From Eledone cirrhosa (lineage: Eukaryota), in assembly GCA_964016885.1 (NCBI GenBank), contig OZ024747.1:65782001-65846000 (forward strand): a DNA stretch of 64,000 bases, given 5' to 3'. Numbering within the stretch: the stretch's first letter is position 1; each line of letters starts with the position of its first letter. Below are positions 1 through 13,521 of this stretch, piece by piece. The translations under genes and the position numbers were made by a program. A model generated the notes under the pieces. The model did not search any database, was not told the DNA's origin, and worked only from the letters and a program-made list of their open reading frames with translations.

Positions 1-96
1 CACACACTCCTCTCTTTCTTTATTTTACTCTCTCTCTCTCACTCCTCTCTTTCTATCTCCCTCTCACACACCCTTCTCTCTCTGGCCGTTATGGAA

Positions 97-140
<44 letters not shown>

Positions 141-561
141 CACGCACACATACACACACAAACACATACACACACATATACACACGCACATACACATACA
201 ATCCCATAACGTCGTGTTGTGGAAGGGGGACAGTTAAGAAGTGTGTAAAAGGAACGCTCTCTCTCTTTATGGCCGTCATGGAATTTGTTAGTGCAAAAGT
301 CTATAAGATTATAAAATCGAAGTTTGTGACTTCGAAATTAATCATTATGAAATAATTTTTTCTTTATGTTACAAACCGTAGCCTATTTTGGCTATGTGTT
401 TAATTTGACAGAGATGGATGGAATATTTTCCAAGTGAAACTCTTTTACACACACACACAGAAAGGGAATTATATATATAGATTTATTAAAATAACAGATT
501 AAAGTTTAAGCAAAGAATCGCTGCTTTCACCCTTAACGGGATCTTCTGAAACTCACATACA

Positions 562-592
<31 letters not shown>

Positions 593-1927
593 GTATGTAT
601 GTGCATATATATGTATGTGTATATATATATATATATATATGCATATCTGCGTATGCGCGTGTGTGTGTGAATGTGGCGAAGATAATACGTCATTGCTGAC
701 GTCATTGATCATAATGTCGTTATGCAGACAGCCAGACATACAAACAGATATTATAAGGGCACGATGGAGATCGATAACTGGCGCCTAACACCTCTTTAAC
801 AACAGAAAATTGAAAAATAAAAGCTGCAGTTAATATCTTTAGACCACAAGGAATATATAAATGCAAGTTTGAAGCCAATCAGAGTAGAAATGTGGATTTG
901 TATAGACTTTGCAAAAATGAGGAGACACACACACACAGTTTTATATATATAGATGATATGAGTGTGCGGCGTTGTATCTATATCTTTCTAATTATGTCAC
1001 TTAAAACAGTGCCTTTCTTTTCACATTTTAGAAATGACACACTGTTCAATTATATGACCTTATAGAAGTGTCTAGAAAAGAGAGAGAGAGAGATTAAGCA
1101 TACCTTATGGTTTGGCACCACTGGGTCGGGCCTCTTTTCGTGGCAGGGTTTCCTTAGCTCCAGGGACGTATTTCTCAAAACCATCTGGTACATTGCTGTT
1201 GTGTAGCAGAGCCCAGTCCTTCATTAGGGACAACAACGGCCGTGGTGAAGCAGTTACATATTTAGAGGTAACGTAGGAATGACGATATATCTGAAATAGA
1301 GATTTTAGGGGTTATAAAGGGCCAGGGTTAAAGGTGGGGTAGATATGATATATCTGAATATATAGAATGGTGGTGTTGGTGGTGATGTAGTGTGATGGTG
1401 GTAGTGTAGTATGGCGGTGTTATAGTGTCTGGTAGTGCTGTAGTGTGTGGTAGTGTTCTAATGTAGGTTCAGTATGTGATGGTGGGGCTTCAATGGTTAG
1501 TGTGCTGCACTCATAAACATAAGATCAAAATCTAGGTCTGGCAGCACATTGTATTAATAAGCCAGTTGCTTCATTTCAAGTTTTTCGGGATAGAACTGGA
1601 GTCTATCATTACAACAACCGGGAAACCTCCTATGTGAGGACACCCTTGTCCATCTACCTATCTATATACATAGATCCACACACATAAATGTTTATGGATC
1701 TGTGTTTTTGTGTATGAAAAAAATGGAAAAAATTAAAATCTCAAGTTAGGCTACTCTATAATTTAACTATTTGGTTCTCTCCCTTGTTGGGTGTGGGTGT
1801 GTTTTATTTAGAAAGTTCAGACAGACAGCCATACAGATACATGATATGAGGGCGACGCGTCGTATCAATGTATCTAATTATTTGTCACTTCAAAGCTTGC
1901 TTTTCTTTTAACATTAAGTGTATTGGA

Positions 1928-2013
<86 letters not shown>

Positions 2014-2520
2014 ATACCTTTTGGTTTGGCACCACTGGGTCGGGCCTCTTTTCGAGGCGGGGGTCTTCTTAGTTCCAGGGAAGTATTTCTCAGTGTCCGA
2101 ATTGTCCTCACATTCAGAGTGCCCATAAGCCTTGACAACCTTAGTGCTGTTAAATCGACTACATGGTTCTTTTATTATTTCACCCATAAATGGGGCCCTA
2201 ACAGGTAACACTGCTCCGGGCCAGAACAGACCTGGGAGTTATGACAACTAAGGGGTAACTCCACATTCCCCACAACTCATGAACTCCCGAACTGGAGCCT
2301 TGTCACTGGATGTAGTTTAATGTCATACCCAGGACAATATGTGTGTGTCTGTCTGTCTGTCTATATATATAAGGGTTAAAATACTGGAGTGTGTTGGAGT
2401 TAAACACCCTCTTCGTATTATAGAAATGACAGTAAAAGGTATAGCTCAATGTAGTTAAACAGAGCCGAAAAATTAAGAGAGTAAAACAAAGAAGCCTTCA
2501 ATACATCAAAAGTCTTTATT

Positions 2521-2560
2521 AGCTGACAATGTTTCGTCCTATTAAGGACTCATCAGGGCA
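2521..2560 (-). ncRNA. Hammerhead ribozyme copy in the inverted PLE1 pLTR
   Basis: Reverse complement of the 3951-3992 motif (GTC^agct variant). Confidence 0.85.
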
Positions 2561-3950
2561 ATTAAAACAACAAGAAATAATATCGGCAGATACAAGCCGG
2601 AATCTCCGAAGAATATGGAATGTACATAAACTGAAGTATTACAAAAATATATAATAAAAATATATGATAATAATTACTAAGGATGTATATAACATTAAGA
2701 ACCATATTACAAATATAGTCCAAAGCAAAAACTAGAGCTAAACAAAGGTGGTTATATAGAGCAGGAATTTTATATAATACAATATAACATACAATGATAT
2801 ACCTTTACCAACATTAGAATCAAAAATAAAAATAAAAATCAAAAGATACAATATGCATATGTATATATGTGCGCACACGTACACACACATACACATACAA
2901 CAATACGCACATCCATCTTCCACTGCACAAATTAAACCTTATTAAGAATTTGAATATAAAAATAAGCATGGTAGGAATGAAAATAATAATACTAATAATA
3001 CTAATACATCTACCCAATATACATGAGGTAATAATATGATATAACTATAAGTAACACATATAATAATAAATAATACAATTATATACTATATAATACAATA
3101 TAATAGAATAGATAATCTCCGGTTAATTTACACAAACAATATAGATGTCACAATAATAATATAATAATAATAACATTTACAATATACAATATACTAACCA
3201 TGTAAGATGTTTCTACTGCTGTAAGTTTTTTGAGGTATTGTACAATTTATTTTTCCTCACCTACTCTGTAACCCAATATGTACTGATTTGTTAACTTGAG
3301 TACATTGATAACTGTTAGTATATTGTATATTGTAAATGTTATTATTATTATATTATTATTGTGACATCTATATTGTTTGTGCAAATTAACCGGAGATTAT
3401 CTATTCTATTATATTGTATTATATAGTATATAATTGTATTATTTATTATTATATGTGTTACTTATAGTTATATCATATTATTACCTCATGTATATTGGGT
3501 AGATGTATTAGTATTATTATTATTATTATTTTCATTCCTACCATGCTTATTTTTATATTCAAATTCTTAATAAGGTTTAATTTGTGCAGTGGAAGATGGA
3601 TGTGCGTATTGTTGTATGTGTATGTGTGTGTACGTGTGCGCACATATATACATATGCATATTGTATCTTTTGATTTTTATTGTAATTTTTGATTCTAATG
3701 TTGGCAAAGGTATATCATTTTATGTTATATTGTATTATATAAAATTCTTGCTCTATATAACCACCTTTGTTTAGCTCTAGTTTTTGCTTTGGACTATATT
3801 TGTAATATGGTTCTTAATGTTATATACATCCTTAGTAATTATTATCACATATTTTTATTATATATTTTTGTAATACTTCAGTGTATGTACACTCCATATT
3901 CTTCGGAGCTTCCGGCTTGTATCTGCCGATATTACTTCTTGTTGTTTTAA

Positions 3951-3992
3951 TTGCCCTGATGAGTCCTTAATAGGACGAAACATTGTCGGCTA
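3951..3992 (+). ncRNA. Minimal type I hammerhead ribozyme in the PLE1 5' pLTR
   Basis: gcc CTGATGA gtcc-ttaata-ggac GAAAC att GTC ggc: canonical core, 4-bp stem II, very short stem III. Confidence 0.88.
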
Positions 3993-4215
3993 ATAAAGAC
4001 TTTTGATGTATTGAAGGCTTTTTTGTTTTACTCTCTTAATTTTTCGGCTCTGTTTAACTACATTGAGCTATACCTTTTACTGTCATTTCTATAATACGAA
4101 GAGGGTGTTTAACTCCAACACACTCCAGTATTTTAACCCTTGTCACTGCTCCCGATCGGTTGAGCTTCCTCATATATACTGGTATTTTGGCCTTTATATA
4201 TACATATCTGACAGT

Positions 4216-6902
4216 ATGCTAACAAAGAGTTACCTGCCTTTATCTCTGAAGAATATTCCCACCCCTCTAAGAATACTTACGAAAAACTATTGCTAGCTAG
4301 TGTTAACTCCTTTGTAAAAAGGATTAGATGGCGTGCTTTCCACTATGATAATAATAAGGACAGGAAGGACCCCAGGAATAGAACTATTTTTAATAACTAT
4401 GGCTTCAAAACTTATAAGAGCCCACCACATAATATTCTGTTAGATAGTTTTGAAAGTGACTTACTCTCTCTTGTCAAAAATATTAGGTATAGGCCAAATA
4501 ATAGACATAGAAATTATAATAATTTTGATAAGTTCCAGTCTAGACTTAAAAATATTGTTAAGGGTTTCGGTGAGAATAAGTCCATTTTTGTCCCGGCGGA
4601 TAAGACTAAAAATCTATACTCCATAGATTATAGTGCTTACCGCGACTTTATTTATAAGGAGCTGCATAGAAACTATAAAAAAACTACACTTGAGAATTTG
4701 AACCACATCAATAGTGATGGCCTTAGAATTGTCTCTGACCTCGGCCTCGATAAGTATACCCAGCCATATTACCCTCGAGAACCAAGATTCACTCTTAAGG
4801 ATCACAAGGTTGATTTTATTAGTAACCCCTCAGTTAGACTCATCTGTCCTTCTAAATCTGATATAGCCACTATCAGTAAAAAAATCCTTGACCTTATTAT
4901 ACCAGATGTTAGGGATAAGGTTAATTTTAACCTATGGGGGAACACTAAGGAAGTTATAGATTGGTTCTCCGGGATTAATAGACTTGAATCTAATAAGTTT
5001 ATCCAATTCGATATTGATGCCTACTACACATCAATTTCACCCGTCCTCCTCAATAAAGCTTTAATGTTGGCCATGAGAGTGTCCAGCCTTACACGATCAC
5101 AGGTAGACATTATACTAGCAGCCCGTAAAACTATTATTAAATTTGAGGACACATTTTGGACCCGTAAAAACACGCCCAACAATTTCGACGTTACAATGGG
5201 TTCGAGTGATTCGGCCCAGGTTACTGATCTTGTTGGGTTGTTCCTCCTTAATGAACTATATGCTACCTTCCCGCACCTTATAGGCGGACTATATCGTGAT
5301 GATGCATTGTTTGTAATTAACTCTAGCACCAACAATGTAGAACATAATAAGAAGAAGCTTTATAAGTTTTTTAAAAGCTATAACCTTTCGATCACGATAG
5401 ATAGAAATGATAGAGCGGTTAACTTTTTAGATGTGACTTTGGACTTGGCCACTAATAGTTTCAAACCCTTCCATAAGCCTAATGAAATACTTTCTTATGT
5501 TAGTCCCAATTCTAACCACCCCAAGTCTATGATAAGCTCTATAATTAAGGGTGTATCTAATAGGATTTCTACACTCTCTAAGGACATAGGAACTTTTAAT
5601 GAACATGCGGAGTACTATAATAATGCCCTAGCAAATTCAGGTTACTCTAGTAAAATACATTATAATAATAGTAACCTTAGAAAGTCTCCGTCTACCTTTA
5701 ATAATAATAGTATAATATCACATAACATGGCCATGAATGTGAGTAGCAAACATAGTAACCGTAGAAATTATATAGGTGTTTCTGAACCCACCCATAAGTT
5801 AACCCACCGAACCCGTAATAGCGAATATAATACCTCTAGGAAACAAGTTGAACCCCCTGAACGCTCACACATTGGTGATAATTTAGCTGGATCTTATTCT
5901 GATAATGTTGCTCCTACTGATCCTATCATTGGCCCTGATCCTTATGATGGGATTCCGGACAGCAGCAGATCTACTGGAGGTAGAAACTGTAATAGACTTA
6001 ATGAAATTTTGGCTGATTCTATGAATGCGGCTTTAACTAATCCTTGTAGTAACCCTAGTCTCGATGGTGGGATACTCGATAATGGTAGAGTCGGTAAGAA
6101 TAAAAATAGAAGGCGATTAAACACTTATTTTAACCCGCCATATAATCAGGAAGTATCAACTAATATCCCTAGGTCTTTCTTCTCTATCTTAGAGAAAAAT
6201 TTCCCCCCTTCTCATAAATACCATAGTATTTTTAATAAAAATGTTATTAAACCTTCATTCTCTACCACCCCTAATATTAGTTCTCATTTAGCTAGCACTA
6301 ACAATAGGAAAATTAGGGATGGATTCTCCTCTCTACATACTACTAGTCTGAACAGATCTGGCAATGCATTACCACCAGAACAGTCCTTATCTAATAGCAA
6401 TCTTACGTGTAGTGCATCACCACTTGAGTCAACCAATAACACCCGGAAGTGCAATTGTAGAGTGAGTGCTAATTGCCCTTTAAACGGTAACTGCCTTTCT
6501 AAGAACATTGTCTATGCTTGTGAAGTTATAACTAATTCCTCTAATAGAACTTATATAGGCTCTACATCTAACACTTTTAAGACTAGGTTTAACTCTCATA
6601 TCTCTAATTTCAAGCATGTTAAGTTTAAGAATTCTACTTCTTTAGCACATTATGTCTGGGATCTTAAGATAGCTAATATACCATATAGCCTTAACTGGCG
6701 TTTAGTAGCACGCTCTAACCACCTTTCTACACATACTAAGTTTTGTAATCTCTGTATCCTCGAGACACACTCTATAATCTTCTCTAGCGCATCTTTACTT
6801 AATAGAAAGTCTGAGATATTCTCTTCTTGCCCCCATGCTATTTCTAATTCATACTTTTATTATAAACCTAAACGTTCTAGTAGTACAAATTGTACCCATT
6901 AG
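4216..6902 (+). CDS. PLE reverse transcriptase + GIY-YIG endonuclease, with a 1-nt frameshift near the N-terminus
   Basis: Motifs VPADKT, TLKDHK..RLICPSKS, QFDIDAYY, VTMGS, GLYRDD, FLDV, SNHP, FNPPY, CNCR..CPLNGNC, NIVY...TYIG, RFNSH, CNLCILE. ATG 4216 reads MLTKSYLPLSLKNIPTP, then the homology continues in the -1 frame as SKNTYEKLLLASVNSFVKRIRWRA (ORF 4290-6902). Confidence 0.92.
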
Positions 6903-8663
6903 GTTATATTCCATTACTTAGTTTTTAGTTTAGGTCCTTTTGTTTGCCAGCATTATTATTATCATCATTGTTATAATTGGTTTCTGATGACTCTTCATTC
7001 TAGATCTCATAATCTTTTGGCAACTGTACCGCATCTATCTTCTTACGCATTAAATTTTCACTGTTACACCTTATGAATGTATATAAGATTATATATTTTA
7101 CGCTATTTATTTTATTTTACTCTTATTCTTATTCTTATTTTTATTTTTATTTTTATCTTTATTCCGATTCTTCTTTGGAACCCCCCCTTTCTTCTCCCCC
7201 CCATGCGCACATAAACTTATTGTCAACCCCTCCAAATTGACTATGATTATATTATATTTAAACCCCCCTATTTTACACTCCTTTCTATTATGTAATATAG
7301 TATATCGACTATATTTTATGCCCCTTTGCATCCTCCATACATTTCTTCTTTTCTGTCCCTATTAGCCTACCTTAATCCTGCTTAAGTCAGTTCTTTGGAT
7401 ATCGTTATGTATATGATAATAATAAATTTTCATTCCTTCTTGTAAACATTTGGAACGATATATTAACGTTTATAAACTTTAATGACTTAAACTATAGCCA
7501 ATATTATACTGTCTTATTAGATAGTTTAAATATTTTTAATATTAATTTATCAAATAGGGTTTTCGAGTCATTTACAGGGGTTGTTTTCCTTAGCTTTTAC
7601 TTAACTACTTAACTGCATGGGAGACCTATATGTATACGTTTGTTTTTGTTTTTTTTAAATTTCCGGTTGATTCTATCTATTTATTTTATTCTATATTATA
7701 ATACTACTGTGCATTATTTTCACTGTCTGGCACTCACTCACTCATCCATATACATGTCTGTCTACCAACCTTGTAATTATAAGTAATTATATATTATATT
7801 GTATTAATTTATTTTATATAATATATTATATTGTATTTTTTATTGTAATATTGATCCTTATTACTTACCGTTAATTATATGTAACATTATGATATGTTAA
7901 ACTTTATATATCATGTAAGATGTTTCTACTTCTGTAAGTTTTTTGAGGTATTGTACAATTTATTTTTCCTCACCTACTCTGTAACCCAATATGTACTGAT
8001 TTGTTAACTTGAGTACATTGATAACTGTTAGTATATTGTATATTGTAAATGTTATTATTATTATATTATTATTGTGACATCTATATTGTTTGTGCAAATT
8101 AACCGGAGATTATCTATTCTATTATATTGTATTATATAGTATATAATTGTATTATTTATTATTATATGTGTTACTTATAGTTATATCATATTATTACCTC
8201 ATGTATATTGGGTAGATGTATTAGTATTATTATTATTATTATTTTCATTCCTACCATGCTTATTTTTATATTCAAATTCTTAATAAGGTTTAATTTGTGC
8301 AGTGGAAGATGGATGTGCGTATTGTTGTATGTGTATGTGTGTGTACGTGTGCGCACATATATACATATGCATATTGTATCTTTTGATTTTTATTGTAATT
8401 TTTGATTCTAATGTTGGTAAAGGTATATCATTTTATGTTATATTGTATTATATAAAATTCCTGCTCTATATAACCACCTTTGTTTAGCTCTAGTTTTTGC
8501 TTTGGACTATATTTGTAATATGGTTCTTAATGTTATATACATCCTTAGTAATTATTATCATATATTTTTATTATATATTTTTGTAATACTTCAGTTTATG
8601 TACACTCCATATTCTTCGGAGATTCCGGCTTGTATCTGCCGATATTACTTCTTGTTGTTTTAA

Positions 8664-8705
8664 TTGCCCTGATGAGTCCTTAATAGGACGAAACATTGTC
8701 GGCTA
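8664..8705 (+). ncRNA. Hammerhead ribozyme copy in the PLE1 3' pLTR
   Basis: Same core CTGATGAgtccttaataggacGAAACattGTCggc. Confidence 0.88.
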
Positions 8706-8764
8706 ATAAAGACTTTTGATGTATTGAAGGCTTCTTTGTTTTACTCTCTTAAATATATATATAT

Positions 8765-9139
8765 ATACACGGGTGTGTATGATTATGTATAGAAGATTAT
8801 ATTAATAAAAGGAATTCCAACTTTGATTTACTCGTTTAATTTACAATCCTTTAAAATTTATAATAGTATTAGAATGAAATAGTATGGTAGAATATTAAAT
8901 GTTAAGTGTTAATTGAACATGTACTTTCATGCTTTCGCAATCTTCAGGTTCATAATGTGTGGTGACAGTCAAGTTTGCAATTTTCAACTGTAATGAGATG
9001 GGTAAATTTTGTGCCTTTATATACTGTGAAAAGTGGCTCCAGAATGCTAATTCTTGAAAACTGTATTTCGACCAATCGGTGTGTAGTTTCACTGGATTAC
9101 TAAAGCTGATTGGTTTAGGCGTCACAGTTGGTTGAGCGC
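8765..9139 (-). mobile_element. Solo pLTR fragment related to PLE2, with an HHR at 8914-8952 carrying a core change
   Basis: Reverse complement matches 43178-43530 plus about 39330-39360. HHR reads tgaac CTGAAGA ttgcgaaagcat GAAA gtac AT gttca (U16.1 replaced by A). Confidence 0.85.
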
Positions 9140-9158
9140 ATATATATATATATATATA

Positions 9159-9511
9159 TGTTGGTTTCACAGATTTAACCTGAAGCATACGGAAAATACA
9201 GGATAAAGAGTAAAATGTACAGATCGTTTTAATAACTATTTCATCTCCCAGACAGATTAGAGATTTAATCTGTTTCGCCCTGAGAATTGTGTTTGTAACA
9301 GATAATCCGTAGGCATCATCAGCGAGAGATAAGATAAAATGTGACAAACACCTAAAACTAAAAGCTACACGAATGAATATTTCACCTCGTGCGAGCAAAC
9401 GGAAAATACAGGATAGAGTAAAATGTACACACCGTTTCAATAACTATTTCATCTCCCGGGCAGATTAGAGATTTAATCTGTTTCGCCCTGAGAATTGTGT
9501 TTGTAACAGAT
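9159..9511 (-). mobile_element. Retrozyme-like partial tandem (210-bp period) next to (TA)n
   Basis: 9189-9302 is repeated at 9399-9511; contains a hammerhead at 9243-9330; no credible coding ORF. Confidence 0.7.
9243..9330 (-). ncRNA. Type I hammerhead with long stem II loop and 8-bp stem III
   Basis: Minus strand: atctctcg CTGATGA t-gcct...gggc GAAA cagatta-aatctc-taatctg TC tgggagat. Confidence 0.78.
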
Positions 9512-9654
9512 CAGGAGACTGACTATTGTGCGTATATAAATTAACGCACATGGCATAAATACATACATTTAATTATATGTCAGTTAAAACCTTGCCTTTC
9601 TTTTCACATTTTACAGAGAGCCACAATGCTGAATTATATGATCTTATGTCAGTG

Positions 9655-9722
<68 letters not shown>

Positions 9723-9829
9723 AGAAAGCCAGAGTTTAGTCCCACATTTAAGATCATAGGTAACATTTATCATATAAGAAGCTTCAAGGCAGTCATTGAA
9801 ATGCCAGTCTCTGAAAATGTGAATATTGT

Positions 9830-12001
9830 CCTGTGCTACTGTTTCCTTGTGGGAATGATGGGTTTCGGGTTGGTTTGAAAAGGATTGACAACAACCACAC
9901 ACTCACACCCACTGGTTATCGGTTTCAGGTTAGGCAAGGTGACTGTAACGTTGTCGTGAAGAGCAGGTGGCTGATGCAGCAATATGCTGTAGATGCCCAG
10001 GGAAAAATACAATGTTGTCACCTCAAAATGGCCGTAACAATCGAACCGTGATGTGAGCTGAAAAGTATGAGGGTTTCTATGATGCTGAGGCTGAAGGAGA
10101 TTCAGTAAATGAAGGCCGGAGAATTGTTCTTCCACCTTCAATCTATGGTTCCCAATCGCTTCTACAGTGAGTGCTTTCAGAATTCGATGACTGTGGTTTG
10201 ACACATGGGAAAGTCGTCTTATTTCATCACGGTAACAACTAACTCTAACTGGGATGAAATAAAAAATAGTTTGCACCCTAGTCAAGAACCTAGAGACCGT
10301 CCTGATATTTGTGCAAGATTCTTCAAGATCAAGTATGACAGCCTCATGGGTGACATACTGAAAAAGAAAATGTCCTAGGAAAAGTTGTTGCTCGTTCTGC
10401 TACAATAGAGTGGCAGAAACGAGGCCCCACTCATGCTCATATTCTGCTGATAATGGCTGAAGATAGTAAGCACAAAACTGCTGATGAGATTCATCAGGTA
10501 GTGTACTGTGAGATTCCAATTCTACAGAAGATCATCCCCATCTTGCAACATTCATGGCCCATGTGGACAAGTTAATATGATGTGCTCATGAAAGGAAGGG
10601 ATAGGACAACAATAACAATGCTCGAACAGTTATCCCAAGGCAAACGGCATTTGTTGCCAAAAGTTTCTTTTCAAAGTATAGAAGAAGGGGTAGACAGCAT
10701 GGTCAATTGTGAGGTTGTCTACAGTGTCAAGCCTGTTAACTACTTAAAGTACATCACAAAAGGATCAGACAAAATCACTTTCACTATTAAGGATGATCGA
10801 GGAAATTGTGTCCATGCTCAAAATGAAATTGAGACCTATATCAATGCATGGTACATCTCAGCCAGTGAAGCATTCTGGAAAGTTGCCTTGCCATTTACCT
10901 GGGGAACAAATGGTCGTGTTTGAGCAAGGGCAGGAAGAAAGTTCTTTCTAGGGTACAGCCAATGACTAAGTTCACGGAATATTTTCAAGTGAATATTAGA
11001 GACCAGCTGGAACAAGATATATTGTATATTGATATTTCTAAATATTTCACTTGGACAAACAAAAAGTGGCAAAGAAAAAAAAGGGACATCTGGATGGTGA
11101 TCAACAATTTATGAGTGAATCTCTTGGACGCATTCTCAGAAGACATCAATCTGAATTATATTACCTCAGAATGATCATACATCACAAGGCTGGGTAAACT
11201 TCATATAAAAATTAACTTAGTCTGTTGGTCCTCAGCTGCCACAGATCTTCTGCACCATTTTATTGCACTGCATGCCAAATGACCCTCTGCAGTTCTGGGA
11301 GAAATGGAAGAATTGTCTTGCAGAGGATATCATGCATGAACGTCATGAGCAATTCATGTCCATGCAAACAAATAAATCAACTTCTGCCAACATTGAATCC
11401 TCAGCAACTGGTTCTTTTTCACAAAGTAATTACCTTTGGAAATGAAAATGAAGGCAGAATTTTCTGCTTGAATGCAAGTGCAGGTACAGGTCATAAACAT
11501 CCTAATGGATTACCTCCAATGTAAAAAATAATTGCACTTGCCACTGCCATATCTGGAATAGCAGCCACTTTGCTTCACAAACGGAGAACTCTTCATTCCA
11601 AGTGCACGATTCCTCTCAATATGACTGCTGAATCAATTTGCTTATTCACAAAGAGGGATGACACAGATAAACTTATGCAGCAAGCTGACCAGTTAATCAT
11701 TGATGAGATAGGTATGGGACATAAGAATATCTTTCAATGCCTTGACAGGAGCTTCAAAGATGTTCGAGATTGCAAAAAGCCATTTAGTGGTATCTGGTGA
11801 CTAAAACCAAATTCTTCCAGTTCTACGTCATGGTGATAGACCACAAATAGTTGAAACAACCTTCAAGGGCAGACATTTATCTACCAACACAATTCTCACG
11901 TATGTTGCATTATCACGAGCTACAAAAAAAGAAAATATTAAAATATTAAATGAAAGGTGTCTGTTTGCTGGCAACTGTGTCTACAAAGAAATTCTACAGT
12001 G
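9830..12001 (+). pseudogene. Degenerate Helitron Rep/Helicase
   Basis: Fragments QQYAVDA, FITVTTNSNWDEI, DRPDICARFF, IEWQKRGPTHAHILL (HUH, about 10405), YLKYITKGSD, YISASEAFW; PIF1-like LNASAGTG, ATAISGIAATLL, LIIDEIGM, CLDRSF..KPFSG, YVALSR, VYKEIL; many stops and frameshifts. Confidence 0.88.
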
Positions 12002-12369
12002 ATGTGAAACAGCTATCACTCTCTTTTAGTTGAAATGCATTTCAGTTTCTTTTTAAATGATAGAAAAGGGACACTACAAAACTTATGTCTATATATACTA
12101 GCAGAAAAATGCCCAAAGGGCAGTTCTTCAGCTAGCATATATAAATATATGTCGTCTCTCTCGGTGTATGTGCGTGTATGTGTGCATATATATATAATGA
12201 TGAAATGTGAAATACTTTCAGATGTTAAAGTCCTTTATTGATAATGCTGCGATACATATTTGTATGACGATATATATATATATATATAGTTATAACAGGG
12301 AAGGGTCATATTGTTATAAATATTGCAAGAAATAATAACAGAACACACGGTTTGGTTTGGGTTGTTTTT

Positions 12370-12640
12370 CTGTGTAGGTGTTGATGAATGGCTTGTGAGG
12401 ACATTGCAAGCTTTGTACAGAGGTGCTGTCAGTAAAGTGAGGGTACGAATGGAGTTTAGTGACACATTTCAGATACAAGTAGGAATACATCCTGTTTGCA
12501 GAAACTTATCTATGCTGATGATAAAATCAGTAGAAGAGCTTGAGAATAAATTCTAGCTATGAAAACAGAGTTGGAATTAAGAGGACTGAGAGTGAACATA
12601 GCTAAGACAAAAGTGTTGATGAGTAGAAAAGAGGACAAAA
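12370..12640 (+). pseudogene. RTE-clade LINE RT fragment
   Basis: EWLVRTLQALYRGAVSKVRV..FQIQVGIH and GLRVNIAKTKVLM. Confidence 0.65.
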
Positions 12641-12649
12641 CTCAGCGGA

Positions 12650-13330
12650 GAAGGAAACTATGTGAATAAAATGGCGAGCTGTGTGGTTGCATTTAAGTAT
12701 AATGAAAAGAAAAGTTATGGGCAAAAGAGGGCAATATCCATCGTCAGTTGTCAGCTAGGAATCATAGGCATTTCTTCGCGTTAGAGACAAGATACCTCAA
12801 CCTAGGGCGAACAATAACTAAAATAAGTTATTGGGATAAAAAAGGGGGAGAGAGAGAGAAAAATGGATACACACATGAAGGGTGAAGAAACGAAAAGAGG
12901 AAAAATCAAGTCAACAACTCATTTTGAACATAAGTTCTGGTGGGTTTAACGAGAAGGGGGAGAGAGAGCATAGCAACAAGGGGATAGAAGAGAGATGGGT
13001 CACAACTGAGAAGAAAACTATGTGAATAAAATGGCAAGCTGTGTGGTTGCATTGAAATATAATCAAAATAAAAGTTACGGGCAAAAGAGGGCAATATCCA
13101 TCGTCAGTTGTCTGCTAGGAATCATAGGCATTTCTTCGAGTTAGAGACAAGATGCCTCAACCCAGGGCGAACAATAACTAAAATAAGTTATTGGGATAAA
13201 AAAGAGGGGAGAGAGAGAGAAAAATGTAAACACACACAAAGGCTGAAGCAACAAAAAGAAATGAAAAAAAATCGAGTGAACAATTGATTTCGAACATAAG
13301 TTCTGGCGGGTTTGATGAGAAAAAAAAAGA
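12650..13330. repeat. Diverged tandem duplication, about 360-bp period
   Basis: 12650-12950 is repeated at 13010-13320. Confidence 0.85.
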
Positions 13331-13452
13331 CACATTCACTGTAGAAGTGTGAGCAAGATAAGAGACAGTTACGGACGAGGAAGGAAGTGAGCTAGCGGAG
13401 GAGTGAGTGAAAATAAGAGAAAGTGAGAAACATACATATATACATACATATA

Positions 13453-13518
<66 letters not shown>

Positions 13519-13521
<3 letters not shown>

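Larger units (their letters stand above)
2372..8751 (+). mobile_element. Penelope-like element 1 (C-terminal GIY-YIG type, Hydra-clade-like): inverted pLTR + direct pLTR + ORF + 3' pLTR, inserted in (TA)n
   Basis: 2372-3198 is the reverse complement of about 3314-4140; 3199-4040 is repeated directly at 7912-8751; an RT-GIY-YIG ORF lies between; TA runs flank both ends. Clade label is inference from motifs. Confidence 0.93.

Noticed and set aside
64-788. CV/YI/HT/ER-repeat ORFs here and throughout the window
   Set aside because: Dinucleotide microsatellite read-throughs.
4255-4270. Programmed frameshift in PLE1
   Set aside because: No X XXY YYZ heptamer in frame; a 1-bp loss in the C-run is the simpler explanation.
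6985-7010. CTGATGA motif in the PLE1 3' UTR (another at about 29802)
   Set aside because: No stem II, GAAA or NUH in a compatible arrangement.
8895-9440. 181-aa minus-strand ORF
   Set aside because: Runs across a pLTR fragment, (TA)n and a non-coding HHR repeat; no recognisable domain.
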